A stretch of 62,911 nucleotides of DNA, counting the filler, from Basidioascus undulatus (lineage: Eukaryota), in assembly GCA_000826855.1 (NCBI GenBank). It is 5 parts of 5 records of this genome, joined end to end, with 100 filler letters (N's around TTAATTAATTAA, not from the genome) between each part and the next. Parts side by side here need not be neighbours in the genome. Positions count along the whole stretch, not along the records: positions 1 to 12,527 come from JTLS01000898.1; positions 12,628 to 25,140 come from JTLS01000899.1; 3 more parts are not named here. One strand, written 5' to 3'. Positions 1-13,688 of the stretch are shown in pieces. The notes below the pieces were generated by a model that worked only from the letters and a program-made list of their open reading frames with translations, ran no database searches and was not told where the DNA came from. Numbering within the stretch: the first letter of the stretch is position 1; every line of letters begins with the position of its first letter. The position numbers and the translations under genes are program-made.

Positions 1-809
1 GGGGGGGGGGGGGGGGGGGTTTAGCGTGTCCAGCCTAGTGGTGATCGGAGATGGGAGGGACTCACTCGTGTAGCCTCCATGACATCCTCCTACGCCGTCT
101 ATGCGCTGAGCCTTGCCCGCACTGAGCGGGTAACTCTGCAGGACGGTCGACGGCAGTTTGGGGGGCGGGCGCGTCCAGGCTCCTCTGGGGGTGCTCGGAG
201 CCTGCTGGTGGAGCGGGAAGAGGAAGATAGAACGAGATACGACGATCTCGCAGAGTTTTTGGGTGTGCGTTCCGGGGTAGATCGCCCGCTATAAAATGCT
301 GGTTCCTGTAGGAAATGGAGGCCGGGGAAGAGATGAGACTTTGGGTCGTCGGAGTTGGAAGGCAAGGCGAGCGAGCAGCGGCGGACAACGCAAGACAGCT
401 TCGCGCTCACGCGTTGCGCCCGTCGCGCCGCTAACCGACGATCGGGCCAGTCGGCCGGCCGGGACCGGGACGAGATAGCGAACGAGCCGAACCTATCGGA
501 GGCTGGAGCTCAACGTGCAACAAACTGCAAAGGTCTGCGAGTGCGCTGGTCGACACAGCATTTTCAGCGAAGAAAATTCAGACGCAGCGGCGATGTATGG
601 AAGCGGAGCTGTTGGTTATGGACTTGGAAGTGAGCGGCCCCTCAGGCAGCCCCGGAAACAACAAAAGATATCCGCTTCTTCGCGCATTTTCCTTCACGCA
701 AGACAAGACATCTTCACCTTCACTTCAATAGCGCCAGGGATCACCGTCAACCGGCACAACTAGAGTAGTAAGGCCGTCGAAGAAGACTTGTATTAACTGA
801 CCATCCTGA

Positions 810-2367
810 ATGCCCGAGCACGCCTGCGTACTCTCAGACCTCAGCAGGTTCCTGAGAGATTTTCTCTTCTGTAAAACAACAAAATCATGCACGGGAACCT
901 TTGGAGCGACATATGGTGAGACATCTGGAAGCGGGAGTTTCCGAAGCTGCGTCAGGTCCTTATCCTTTCCGACGCTGCTCGCCATCTCTTGCTTACACCA
1001 CCACCACAACAACCATGATCAAGTCAGCCAACCTCGTTCCTGACGTTTTGGTCGGCATCTTATCCTTCGCAACCACCGCCCGGCGCTGACAGGAAGGACA
1101 CAAACCGACCGACGAGGGGCTGTTCCCACAAGTCCGCACGGCCAACCAGACAAAGTCTTTACTCCTTCTCGTGTGCAAGGAGTAGAATGTACACTCATTA
1201 TCATCCTGGAGGGAAATTCTGCCCTTTCTGAGGCTGGTAGCACTATGATTGACTTCGGGTTTCCCTGTGATGCCCAGCCACTCGCCGCCCCCCTCCTCCA
1301 CCGGCACATCATGTTCCTCTCCTGGAAACAGCTCGAGCTCATCCTAATCCATATCGGCAATGGCCATTTGACCAGCCTTCGCCGTGCACGACACATTCGA
1401 TCGCTCGCCACCCAATTCATATGGATGGACGGGTCCGTCCACAACGCGTCGCACGAGGACTCAGGCTGGGCGAACCTCTGCCTGCCCCTAAGTCTCTGTC
1501 GAAAACTCAAGTTCCTAGACCTGTACCGAGAGAAATTCTGGGCCTCGGCGCTCGGGTTCCCGGCGTTCTCGCAACTGGCTTGCGGTGCAGATTCGACCCT
1601 CGCCACGCTCATGGGCCTGTACGCCTCGCTCGGGCCGAACTTGCTCTTTCTGCTGCTTGCCGGGTTTGAAAATCTGCTGAAGCTCCAGCTGGAGTTGGAT
1701 TGGGTGGACCTCGAGCTTGGCTAGGAGAAACTGAAAAGCAGTTTGCGCCTCTCGAAGCTTGCGGAAATGGATGTCAAGGTAGAAGGGCACGCCGACCCCT
1801 TCCTCCGCATGCTCATCCACTCCCGCCTCCCCGCGCTCAAAAAGCTTTGGCTCTACCATACCGAATTCAGCACTTCACTCGACGAAGTCCTCTAAGCACT
1901 TGGGTCTCGTCTGACCATCTATCGTTCGACCCCCGCACGAACACGCGTCCGCAGCTCATGAGGTCCTCCGCCACCTCCCGCTCACTTGCCCGAACCTCCG
2001 CCACTTTCTGACCCCCCACCTCTTTTTTTCTACAAGGAAGGACTGGCTCGATTTAGATGCGGCTCATCCCGCCGTCGCGGCGCTTTCTCCTCCCGCTGAG
2101 TATCACCCTGTCGACACCGACATTCCTGGCGTCTTCGACCGCGACGGCGCGGTGGGACCGGATCCTGACTTCGCTCTGCGCGCGCGATCGTTTGCCGCGG
2201 GTGCAACCGGTTGTTCTATCGACTTATTATTTGGAAGAACTACCGGAATTGGAGCCGCCCACCGGGAGTGGTTGAGCGCGAAGGACAGGGAGCTCAGGGA
2301 GGTGGGGATCGTGCTGCGTGTCGAAGATGGAGGGCGCGTGGTGGACTTGTTGATGGATACTCGGTGA
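810..2367 (+). CDS. Hypothetical F-box/LRR-like protein, fragmented (introns and/or frameshifts)
   Basis: Leu-rich LxxLxL-type segments in several frames (LLKLQLELDWVDL, LPRLKKLWLY) ending in ...IVLRVEDGGRVVDLLMDTR*. No continuous model could be built and the start is uncertain. Confidence 0.35.
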
Positions 2368-2699
2368 CCTAGGAGCATCCCGTTCCCAATCCTTTGTTTG
2401 TGTAATCCCTCCGAGCAAACATACCTGCCTGTAATGCCCAGTTCGCCTGCAGCCCACAATCTGGTACAGCGTTGCGGTTGACAGACTGATCCTCTTGTGA
2501 AACTTCGATGATACGTCGCGGACAGCGAGGCCCTCTATGGATTCACAGAATGATAAGCTTCGGACTCTCTTAAAGCAAGCGATGGGACATGTATGCAACC
2601 AGAGGTTTCAATTTGATGAGGCTGAAACTTCAAGTGCAGTCCGAGTTTTGCTGACAACGACACAGAGCAAGGTTAATTGCATGCCAACCCGGTTTATGT

Positions 2700-3679
2700 T
2701 CAGCTCGCAGGTACAATCTGCCCATAGCAGTCCTTCAAGAGCCGGCCCCTTGCAGCCAGTAGCTCAGCCCACTTCAGCAGCGCGGCGTTCTTCGCCCGAA
2801 GCGCCTGCCATTCCGCCTCCTCCTCGGCAGACCGGACCTTAAGGCTGAGGTTCTCGCGGCCTTTGAAAAGCTCGACATGGCCTTGGATGTGGACCGCGCG
2901 GAAAGACGGCAGCACAGCTGGATAGAGTCCAAGGACCCATGAGGCTGGAAGAAGCATGTGTCCCGCGTCCGTCTGATAGTCCTCGTGAAGCATGTAGAAC
3001 CGCAAGCTCTGCAGAGTTGGATGCGCAAGCTCATCGAGCTCCTGATCTTGCAAGCTCGTCAGCCAGAGGTGCTGCAGGCAGGGCAGGGAAGAGTTGAGCG
3101 TCCCCATCAAGTCGAGCGGGTGTTGGCCGCGAAATATGTCGACAGACTCCAGCTGTGCCCCGTAAGAGCAACCATCTCTTCCAGGAACTCCTCCGAGGGA
3201 CCGGGAAGCGCAAGGCGAAGCACGTTGAGCCCGGGAAGTCCTAGCTGCGTCAGGCACGCTCTGAGCTCCGGGAAGAAGGTGGTCGAGCGGTAGTCGTCGT
3301 AGTCTTCATACCCGGCGGTGATACTGAGATTCTGCAGATGAGGAAGCGTACCAGCCTCAATCTTGAGCCCGTCCTCGTATGAGTCCTTCTCAGCATCGAT
3401 GCCGAAAGACAGCGTAAGACTTTCGAGCAATTGGAACGGTGCGAGCTCTGCGAAGATTTGGACAGGCGGAAAATCTGGGGCGATGGAGAACTCGCGCAAA
3501 TGGGGCCCCGTCACAGAGCTAGCACTGGAACCGACAACCTGAGGAGTTGTGCCGGGGGAGGTCGAGACCTGAAAAACGCGAAACCCGATTAAAAATGCCT
3601 CGGATGAGAGCGTGTGCTCTATCGCTACTGCGGTACGATATGCAGCGAATATTTGTAGACAAAATGTTGAAACTTTCAT
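2700..3679 (-). CDS. Hypothetical F-box/LRR-like protein with one apparent frameshift
   Basis: Two overlapping ORFs (3107-3679, 2700-3257) with LRR-like motifs (LPHLQNLSI, LPCLQHLWL, LQSLRF). They join if one T is restored near 3164 (GCT CTT [T]AC GGG GCA CAG). Confidence 0.5.
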
Positions 3680-4064
3680 GGCTTTGGAGGAACGTCTGGG
3701 CCTACTGTCCCTGTTATTTTAGAATTTAGATACTTCTTCCAAAGTAAACCGAAGCGCATACAACCGAGTACTCACACGTGCAGGAAGCCCAAGTTACACC
3801 GTGACTTCGGATGTCGCCAGGCCTCGCTCTGGCCGATCGTGAAGACCTGCTTCAAAAGTCTAAGAATGACTACTACCAAAATCTTCTGAATGTACATAAA
3901 CACACCACAGGGAGGCAGATTTTGAAGCTCGAGGGTGAGCATGCTCCCAAAGACGGAACTTGAAGACATGTCGCTGTCTCGGAGCGCTTGCACTCCAACC
4001 GCCACCTTCTCCCTCGTCCTCTAGACCCTCGACGCGCGCCCTCAACATACACTCCTCAGTGACC

Positions 4065-5284
4065 ATGTTCTCTCTCCAATCAGTTCCTGAGGATATCTGG
4101 AGGCACATCTTCAGCTTCGCCACGGCTGACGACGAGCAGTACAATGACCCGAGCGTCGCGATGGCCACCAAGCTGGCTCTCGTCCAGGTCTCTAAGCAAT
4201 TCAATGTACGCAGGTATCTTCAAACTGTGCCATATACGTGCCCCCTAGTTGCTGGACAAGCTCATCCGTGCCCGCTTTCCAGGCACTCGCTCTGCCGCAT
4301 CTCTGGCGTCTCGTTTGGGTCACATCTTTCGAGCATGCGGCTTCCATCGCCGAGCGGTTCTTTTACCTTTCGAACGACTCGCTCTTTCTGCTCATGACTT
4401 GCTCTTTCTGTCGATTTTTCTGCTCACCGAAGATATTCGTGTGGCGCTCCCATCACTCATTGAGGAAGAACCGGAGACCGACTCTTCTCGTCCTCCTCGA
4501 CCACACCGTCTTGCCTGAGCCTAATCACGCTGGCAACCTCAGACGCTTCGCTGTGCTTGCTGCTGGGACATGTGGGGTATCTGAACATGCAGAAGTGGGC
4601 TATGGGACGCTTCTCGCTCTCAAGCACTGGTGTCATGTATCGCTCCGCGAGGCCCGCGCAGACTTCACCCACAAATCTGTGTTCCGGGCGGTCGCGGACT
4701 TCCCCTCCATGACCACATTTGAGGCGGGTTACAACCCTACGGGACCTGCACTCATGACCCTTATCCCAGAAATCACTTCCGCTTCGCTGGCTATGCTCGC
4801 ACTCGATGCCGCGGACACTGCCGTCGAGGCACTCTTCGATCAACTCTCGCTTGCCAGCTTTCCTCGACTCGCACACTTGACGCTCTGGCTGCTGGAGGAC
4901 ACTAATGAAGTCGAGACCGAAGCTATTTCCACATTTCTCCCTATTCAAACCCTCATATTGCACGATGCCACACCGCATCCTCAAGCTATCGCTGCATCTC
5001 GCTCCGTGCCTCTCCAGCGCATCGCGCTCGACCTGACGCAAGCTTCAAGGCGCGAAGTTCACCAGTTCCTAGAATCCCTGATATCGACGACCGGGCGCAT
5101 CACCGAAACGATTGAACTCTACATCCGAAAAGGCAAGCCATTGTCATGGCGCTGTCCCGGACATGGAGAACTCTTCGGGCTCTTTTTCCGGCTCGCGTTG
5201 CGGCTTGCCGAAAGTGTGAGTTGTCGAAGTTGTAGCAGTTGTACCCCACCAGCAACGCAGGCATGTGCCTCTCCATGTCGGTAA
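4065..5284 (+). CDS. F-box-like/LRR protein (exons ~4065-4205, 4283-5284)
   Basis: N-terminal F-box-like SVPEDIWRHIFSF...LVQVSKQFN|ALALPHLWR. GT..AG intron 4206-4282 restores the frame. Downstream LRR-like FPRLAHLTLW. Confidence 0.6.
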
Positions 5285-5883
5285 TGAACAGTTATTGATT
5301 AACAGGCTTTACGCCTTGCGGGAAATTCAGTGTGCTGCACGTTGTGTTGAGGTGACAGCACGGCACGCGTCAGGAAGACAGCAGCCGCGGAATCTTCTAA
5401 CTGGGTAGATCGGTACATAATAAGGAGCGTCCGAGGCGGGGCAGGTTAAAAGAAGAACACCATCAGAAGATCCGGGAAGGTAGCTCAATAACGCCCACGA
5501 ATGGACGAGTGGGTGCGACTGGCACACACTGCCTCACCGAACTCAGGCTGGTGAGCCGTCCGTCCCGAACAACGACCATGCCAAGCGTCGAAGTCTACGA
5601 TCATCGGTCGCCAATTGCCCTCTCTTGGTTAGCTCGGATCAAAAGCACAACCGCGTATGGAAGCAGGAGTACATATAATTCAGTCATACCGACGGCGACG
5701 CGGTATCGGTGGAGGTCGCCGTGCAGCATGTTGTCGTCATGTTTGGAGTCCCGATCTCGACTTTTCCCCCCTTTCATCTTGCATTCCCCTCTGTCCATCT
5801 GACTTCCAACCCGATCACTGCTTCCATACTTCCAAAACACCTCCCCAGCAAACAACATCGACCACCTCACCCAGACAAACACC

Positions 5884-8096
5884 ATGGCCGACGTCGTTTC
5901 GCAGTCGATCACCTTCACTCGCAGCGGGAAGACCGCGCCGAACCGCTTCCTCAAGGTCAAGCAGCGTTCAAAAAAAGTGACAAGTCTGATGCTGAGAATT
6001 CTGATCGGTTTTCAAACAGAGCGCCATGACTGAGCGTCTCTGCACCTGGGACGACCACAACCCGGACGAGTGCGGGAAGCCAACTTCTGAGGTACGTGAC
6101 ATTCCAACGGTCGAGCCTATTTACCGCTGATGGCACTAATCACGAAATGTTGTAGTACCTGTACCTCTATGAGCAGTGGGGGAAGGGCGAGATTGGCACG
6201 GTCGTGCTAGGCAACATTCCGTGTAAGTATCGATCAGCGATGTCGCCTACGCAGTACGCGTGCTCAATCATCTACGGATCTAAACAGGCGACCGCGTGAG
6301 ATAACATCCCTTCAGTTGAATATTCTAAACTAAACTAATTTTGTCTCCCCCCAGCGCTACCCCGAAGCGAAGTGCAACGCGGTGATGGACCCCACGACCC
6401 CGTGGGACGCCGTCAAGGCGTTCAAGCCTGTGGTCGCAGCCGTCAAGGCTCACGGCAGTCTCTGCATCGGCCAAAGTACGCATCTCCATTTTGGTTCCTT
6501 CCAATCAAGATCCCAGTTCGAAACTGACATGCTGGTGCTCTTCCACTTCCGCAGTCACCCACGCCGGCCGCCAGACGAGCGAGGACATCGCACCCACGCC
6601 TGTGTCCGCTTCGGACGTGCAGAGCGCCCCGCTCGGCGGGATGACCTTCGGCAAGCCGCGCCCGCTTACTATGGAGGAGATCGAGGACATCGTGAAGCGC
6701 TTTGCGTTTGCTGCTAAGACGCTGCACGCTGTCAGTCTGAGCTGTTCTCATCCTTTTGTTTCTTTCCTTTCTTTTCCGTTTTCTATTGAACGTACTCGCT
6801 GACTTTAGGTGAACGTGACAGGCCGGCGCGGATGGCGCTCAGCTGCACTCGGCGGTGAGTTCAAATTGGCTCATGGTTTGACTGTACGGTTGACTTACTC
6901 TGTTTGGACGAAATCAGCACGGGTACCTTCTCTCGCAGTTCCTTTCTCCGAGAGTTAACCTGAGGAACGACCGCTACGGCGGGTAAGCGGCTCTTACTGT
7001 GATCGGGACCAAGTGGTATACTGACCGAGTCCACGCAGCTCGTTCGACAACCGCTCACGTATCGTGTTCGAGATCATCGATACCATCAAGAAGGAGGTCA
7101 ACGACGACAGCTGTACGCCATGCCCCGCATGCTCACACCCAGATTTAGCACTAACGCTTGGACTTCGCAGTCATCCTCAGCATCAAGATCAACAGGTACG
7201 ATCATACTAAAACCTTTTGAAGCGGCCATGAAGCTGATAGTTCTTCTTTTCTGCACGCAGCGCGGACTTCTCGGAGGGCGGCTTCGACGAGGAGGAGTCT
7301 CGTGAGATGATCAAACGCCTTGAGGCTGCTGGCGTGGACCTCATTGAGCTCAGCGGCGGAACGTGAGTTGTTAATTCGTCTCCCTCCTCTGAAGGTTAAG
7401 ACTGATCCGTAATCTGTTGGTGATCACAGCTACGAGAGCATGGCGTTCGCGCACAAGAAGGAGAGCACCAAGCGGCGCGAGGCGTTCTTCATCGAGTGCG
7501 TCTATTTCAATCTCCTCGCGCTGTCTCAAGGTGACTGACGGCAATTTCCTCCACTCTCAGATTCGCCGACCGCATTCGCCCGCACCTCAAGTCGTCCAAG
7601 CTGGCCGTCACGGGCGGCTTCCGCTCGGTCGATGCGTCAGTCACAACCATCCCTGCTCTGCCTCTGCTGTTCCTGCGCTATGCTGACGCGAAGGTGGTAA
7701 ATTTGGAACAGCATGGCCAAGGCCATCAACGAGAAGAGCTGCGACATCGTCGGCCTTGCCCGCCCGCTCACGGCCGAGCTGTACCTGCCGAACGAGCTCA
7801 TGTCCGGCAAGACGAAGGCGGCCAAGGAGAACCTGGTCGACCAGTCTGTCCAGACTGCGTCGTCTTACTACCAGCTCGGAGAGGTGCGTATTCTTACCTT
7901 GCTATTGTTGCGGTTTGCTGCCTTGAAGCTCATGCGTGTTGAAATTGGATGAAAATAGGTCGGCGCTGGAAGGCAGCCCCCTGACCTTTCGAACGGGAAG
8001 ATCGCCAAGGCCGTCGAGAAGGCTATCATGGACAACTCGGCGGCAGCGTTCAAGTTCAGGCCGCACGTCTCCGCCTACCACAGCCAGGACCAGTAG
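5884..8096 (+). CDS. NADH:flavin oxidoreductase / Old Yellow Enzyme family, ~15 exons
   Basis: Spliced translation gives APNRFLK|SAMTE, QITHAGRQT, AGADGAQLHSA|HGYLLSQFLSPRVNLRNDRYGG|SFDNRSR, VDLIELSGGT|YE, AVTGGFRS and IVGLARP, all typical OYE/NADH oxidase motifs. Stop TAG at 8094-8096. Confidence 0.92.
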
Positions 8097-8880
8097 ACTG
8101 AGGTCGTGAGGCCGTGTGATTTCCCTATTGACAATTGAAATCGAATACGTGAATGCTGCGCAGCTCTCCCGCTTGACTCATGAACACGGCAAATGCTTGC
8201 AGGTACTTGGCGGGTTTCTTTCCTCAGAAAATGTCGAAAATCAGTGTCAGAGCTCGCTGTCGAGTGAGGACGACGTACGGGGGATGGAGAAAGCGGAAAC
8301 TAGCGTCGGCGCTGCTTGGATAACAGGCCCTTTTTGTTCAGATACCTGCAAGTGAATCAAATTGCACACTGCATGGGCATCATGAAATTGACGGACAAGC
8401 CCGCAACGGGCATCAGCAGTGAAGTTCGCGTTGCGGAAAGTCCCTAACAGTTCTGCTGAAAAACTTACGGCGAGCCCGGACATTCACACATGTTTCGTAT
8501 CATGATGCGGCAATGCTGCGCATCAAGAACCAAACGAGTGCCCCTACCGCGACGAACAGCAAATATTGCTCCGGGCCTTAGTGCTGCTCATTTCCGTCCA
8601 TCACCGCGCGGCTCGCTCCACGCGCCAACGATGACGGTATCGGTCATCCTTCGCAATCGACTCATTGCCGACTAGCAGACTTGACGCCAACATAGCCCTC
8701 CAATCAGATAAGCTACCACCCAGCGCGTGCACGTGGCGGTAACGCGCGTGACTCCAACATAGATCGGCGAAGATGTAAATTGTCGATATCGACTGCAGCA
8801 GGTGTGCGAGAGCAAGCAGAAAGTGCGTGGCGTGTGTAGCAAAGATGCGAAGCGAAATATGGAAACGAACGCGAGGCGAA

Positions 8881-8940
8881 GCGAAAGCAAGACCGGCGAA
8901 AGCAAGACCGGGAAAGCAAGACGGGCGAAAGCAAAGATGG
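8881..8940. repeat. Minisatellite, ~15-bp unit GCGAAAGCAAGACCG x4 (degenerate)
   Basis: Two exact and two degenerate tandem copies, in the presumed 3' UTR of the kinase gene. Confidence 0.75.
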
Positions 8941-9063
8941 GTCAAGGGGCAACGTTCGAGCTGCAGGGGCTAAGTATGTGATGCGGGTCTGCATGCGGGG
9001 GGGGATGAGGTGTAAAGATGGAGGACAGATGCGGTGCACCTTCAGGGGAGGCACAGCACTCCC

Positions 9064-11447
<2,384 letters not shown>

Positions 11448-12386
11448 GCTGGAGGTCGTCGTGCTGAACGAGAAGCAAGCACGGACCGCGCGACCATCAG
11501 CTCCGGTTGCACTGCGCATGCCCATGATATCCCACTGCTATAGACTCAACTGGTTGTATTTAGCAGAGAATCGTTACCAAGTCGTATAATTTGCTGCGGA
11601 GTCGTAGAGGCGGAGGCGTGGATCGTGAAGGGCGTAAGGAAAGAAGTCGCGATGAGGCACGCGGATCCACGCCAGAGCGAGCGAGCGAGAGCGTCCAGCG
11701 TGCGCTCAAAGGTGTCTCAGAGCGCAGCCGGCGCCTGAAAGCAGCTTCGCGTTTCAGGACGCAGTGGCCATTTTCTGCGTCTGTCTTCACCAACTACAGA
11801 GACCTACGATCAACATCCAGTCTTTTCTAGTACTCTGGCTTGTCCATTAGTGCATAAATCGTACTGGTACCCGGGTCGGCGGTTGTCCAGACCGCCACGT
11901 CAAGGCTTACCGCTGTCAAGTGGTGCAAGACCTACATGCATTGCTCTACCTCAAAGTGTTGAACAGGGCCATGGAATGTAACGTGAAGCTCTGGACGCTC
12001 CTAAGTTTTGAGAAGGTCAAGGGTCGATGCCGCTTTCCGCAGGCCCAGTAGGCAGTAAAGCATCGCCTGCACGGGCTACAGATGATGCGTGTATAGAGAT
12101 AAGCCAAGTTATTTTCAAAAAGACCAAATTACTTTGACGACAATTGACAGAGCAAATGAAGACAGGCCGTAACGCAATCTACCATTTAGCTGGTGGGTCA
12201 GGCTCTGGCATCGCAGCATCCCCGACTGCTTGGAGCTAACGACTCTGGCGAGAGCAACACTGAACGTGCCTCTTTCTAGTGTATCAAAAAGAGATGAAAG
12301 AAACTGTGCGTGCTGTTGCTTCCCACCTGTCTAGGCTGGAAGTCCAGCTCGCTGACAACACGTCTTCTCGTACTCTTGTGTGTTGC

Positions 12387-12441
12387 TATATGTATTAGCT
12401 AACTTTCAATACTTATCACCACGAGCGTAAGCCAGTGGTAA
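12387..12441 (+). promoter_or_regulatory. Candidate Pol III upstream elements: TATA-like TATATGTATTA (12387-12397) and A-box-like TAAGCCAGTGG (12428-12438)
   Basis: The D-loop-like AGTGGTA lies 5' of the B-box GGTTCGATCC (12462-12471) of the permuted tRNA. The TATA-like tract is ~30-40 bp further upstream. Confidence 0.45.
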
Positions 12442-12447
12442 GTCGAG

Positions 12448-12520
12448 ATCAGGGGGTTGCAGGTTCGATCCCTGCGTCGGTCAAGGCCGGCTGGCTCAAT
12501 GGTAGAGTATCTGACTACGA
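12448..12520 (+). tRNA. Circularly permuted tRNA-Arg(ACG): 3' half 12448-12483, 1-nt spacer, 5' half 12485-12520
   Basis: Rejoined 72-nt sequence GGCCGGCTGGCTCAATGGTAGAGTATCTGACTACGA+ATCAGGGGGTTGCAGGTTCGATCCCTGCGTCGGTCA folds into a full cloverleaf. Acceptor GGCCGGC/GTCGGTC, D stem GCTC/GAGT, anticodon stem TCTGA/TCAGG with loop CTACGAA, T stem GCAGG/CCTGC with loop TTCGATC. U8, A14, G18G19, A21, U33 and the A15-U48 pair are all canonical. Confidence 0.88.
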
Positions 12521-12521
12521 C

Positions 12522-12526
12522 TTTTT
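12522..12526 (+). terminator. Pol III oligo-T terminator (T5)
   Basis: TTTTT begins one base after position 37 of the tRNA 5' half. Confidence 0.65.
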
Positions 12527-12627
12527 GNNNNNNNNNNNNNNNNNNNNNNNNNNNNNNNNNNNNNNNNNNNNTTAATTAATTAANNNNNNNNNNNNNNNNN
12601 NNNNNNNNNNNNNNNNNNNNNNNNNNN

Positions 12628-12808
12628 GGCGGAGGCCGAGATGGGTCAAATCAACTGGTGAAGCGAGGGTAGAGGACTGGGAAAGGACATGGTTTGTGGG
12701 CGGTGGCAAGGGGGATGGTGAAGGTGAAAGTAAAGAGGTGGATGTGGGTCTGAGGATGATGAGCAGGGGGAGAAGCATAGAGAAAGCATGGAAAAACGGG
12801 AGAGTCAT
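12628..12808 (-). CDS. Possible 5' end of a secreted/membrane protein running into the gap
   Basis: MTLPFFHAFSMLLPLLIILRP followed by a Ser/Pro-rich tract; the ORF is open into the N run. Confidence 0.3.
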
Positions 12809-13688
12809 CGCAGCGTCATTTTCAGAAAACTACAAATTACGCTCCCGCGGAGACACAGCACTGTCAGGCCTGTAGGCTTCTGAGGTCTTACTCAACTCTG
12901 AAATCTAGCCGGAAACTTTTCTCCCTTTAATATTGTACTTCGTAGCCCCGATGATCCCTGAGCTGAGCGCTGTACTGCAGCAGCAGCTTTGACTGCGCGC
13001 ACGCTCGCTGGCAGAACAGGTACACAGTTCAAGGGGCCCTACAAAAGCACACGGGTTAAGTTTCGGCCCACGAATGGCACATCCATTCCGGCTACGGCAA
13101 GGGACCAAGGCATTGAACGAGAGGTGAATGAAGCCTGAAGGCCGAGGGAACTCGCCATGTGCACTCTCGTGTTGCACTTCTTGAGACTCCTCCGTGTTTG
13201 CGCACTCAATCAGAAGGGTTAATCCTCCTACAAAACACAACTTGAGAAAGCTCAGAATGAGTCTGGTTCTAACCTGTATCGTTTGGCAATTCGCCCGATC
13301 AAACACGACTCGTCCAGAAGCTGACCTCAGCGCGACGCTGACAATTCGCACATGAAAGTGCGTGCCAAAAGTTGGCCTCGCACCTCCACCCTACGTCTTC
13401 TCGTTTGCCATTCCACTTTGCTCGCTGTTGGGAACGGCATTTGAGACGGTTTTCAGGTAGAAGGTGAGTTTGAGACTGCAGATCAGGGTCTGAGGAGCGC
13501 TGGAGTGGAGTGAGGATCTGGCGTGGCGGGCTGGAGGTCTTCGCCAGGCTGTGAGGCTGAGAGAGCTTGCCATGCTGCTGCTCTCGGATACTCTCTCCTG
13601 GAACCCGTTTGGTGCAATGCGATGCTGAAAGCACTCTATCCTCTACAGCGTCAGTCCTAGTTCCCACTCTCCGCTTCCTCGACCCGCG

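Noticed and set aside
1..19. Poly-G start (and poly-A at 37719-37738) as telomere or retro-insertion tail
   Set aside because: Homopolymers at contig edges, with no telomeric repeat unit or target-site duplication.
8881..8940. CRISPR-like array
   Set aside because: Units are tandem with no spacers, in a eukaryotic UTR. It is a minisatellite.
12485..12527. Ordinary intron-containing tRNA whose 3' half is in the gap
   Set aside because: A T5 Pol III terminator follows position 37 almost immediately, and a fully matching 3' half already sits directly upstream. Disfavoured, but not excluded until the gap is closed.
12572..12583. TTAATTAATTAA palindrome inside each N run (also ~25185, ~37783, ~50377)
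   Set aside because: Identical in all four gaps and flanked by Ns, so it is an artificial six-frame-stop linker. Gap sizes are nominal: the one near 50380 must hide most of eEF3 and the 5' part of the ABC gene.
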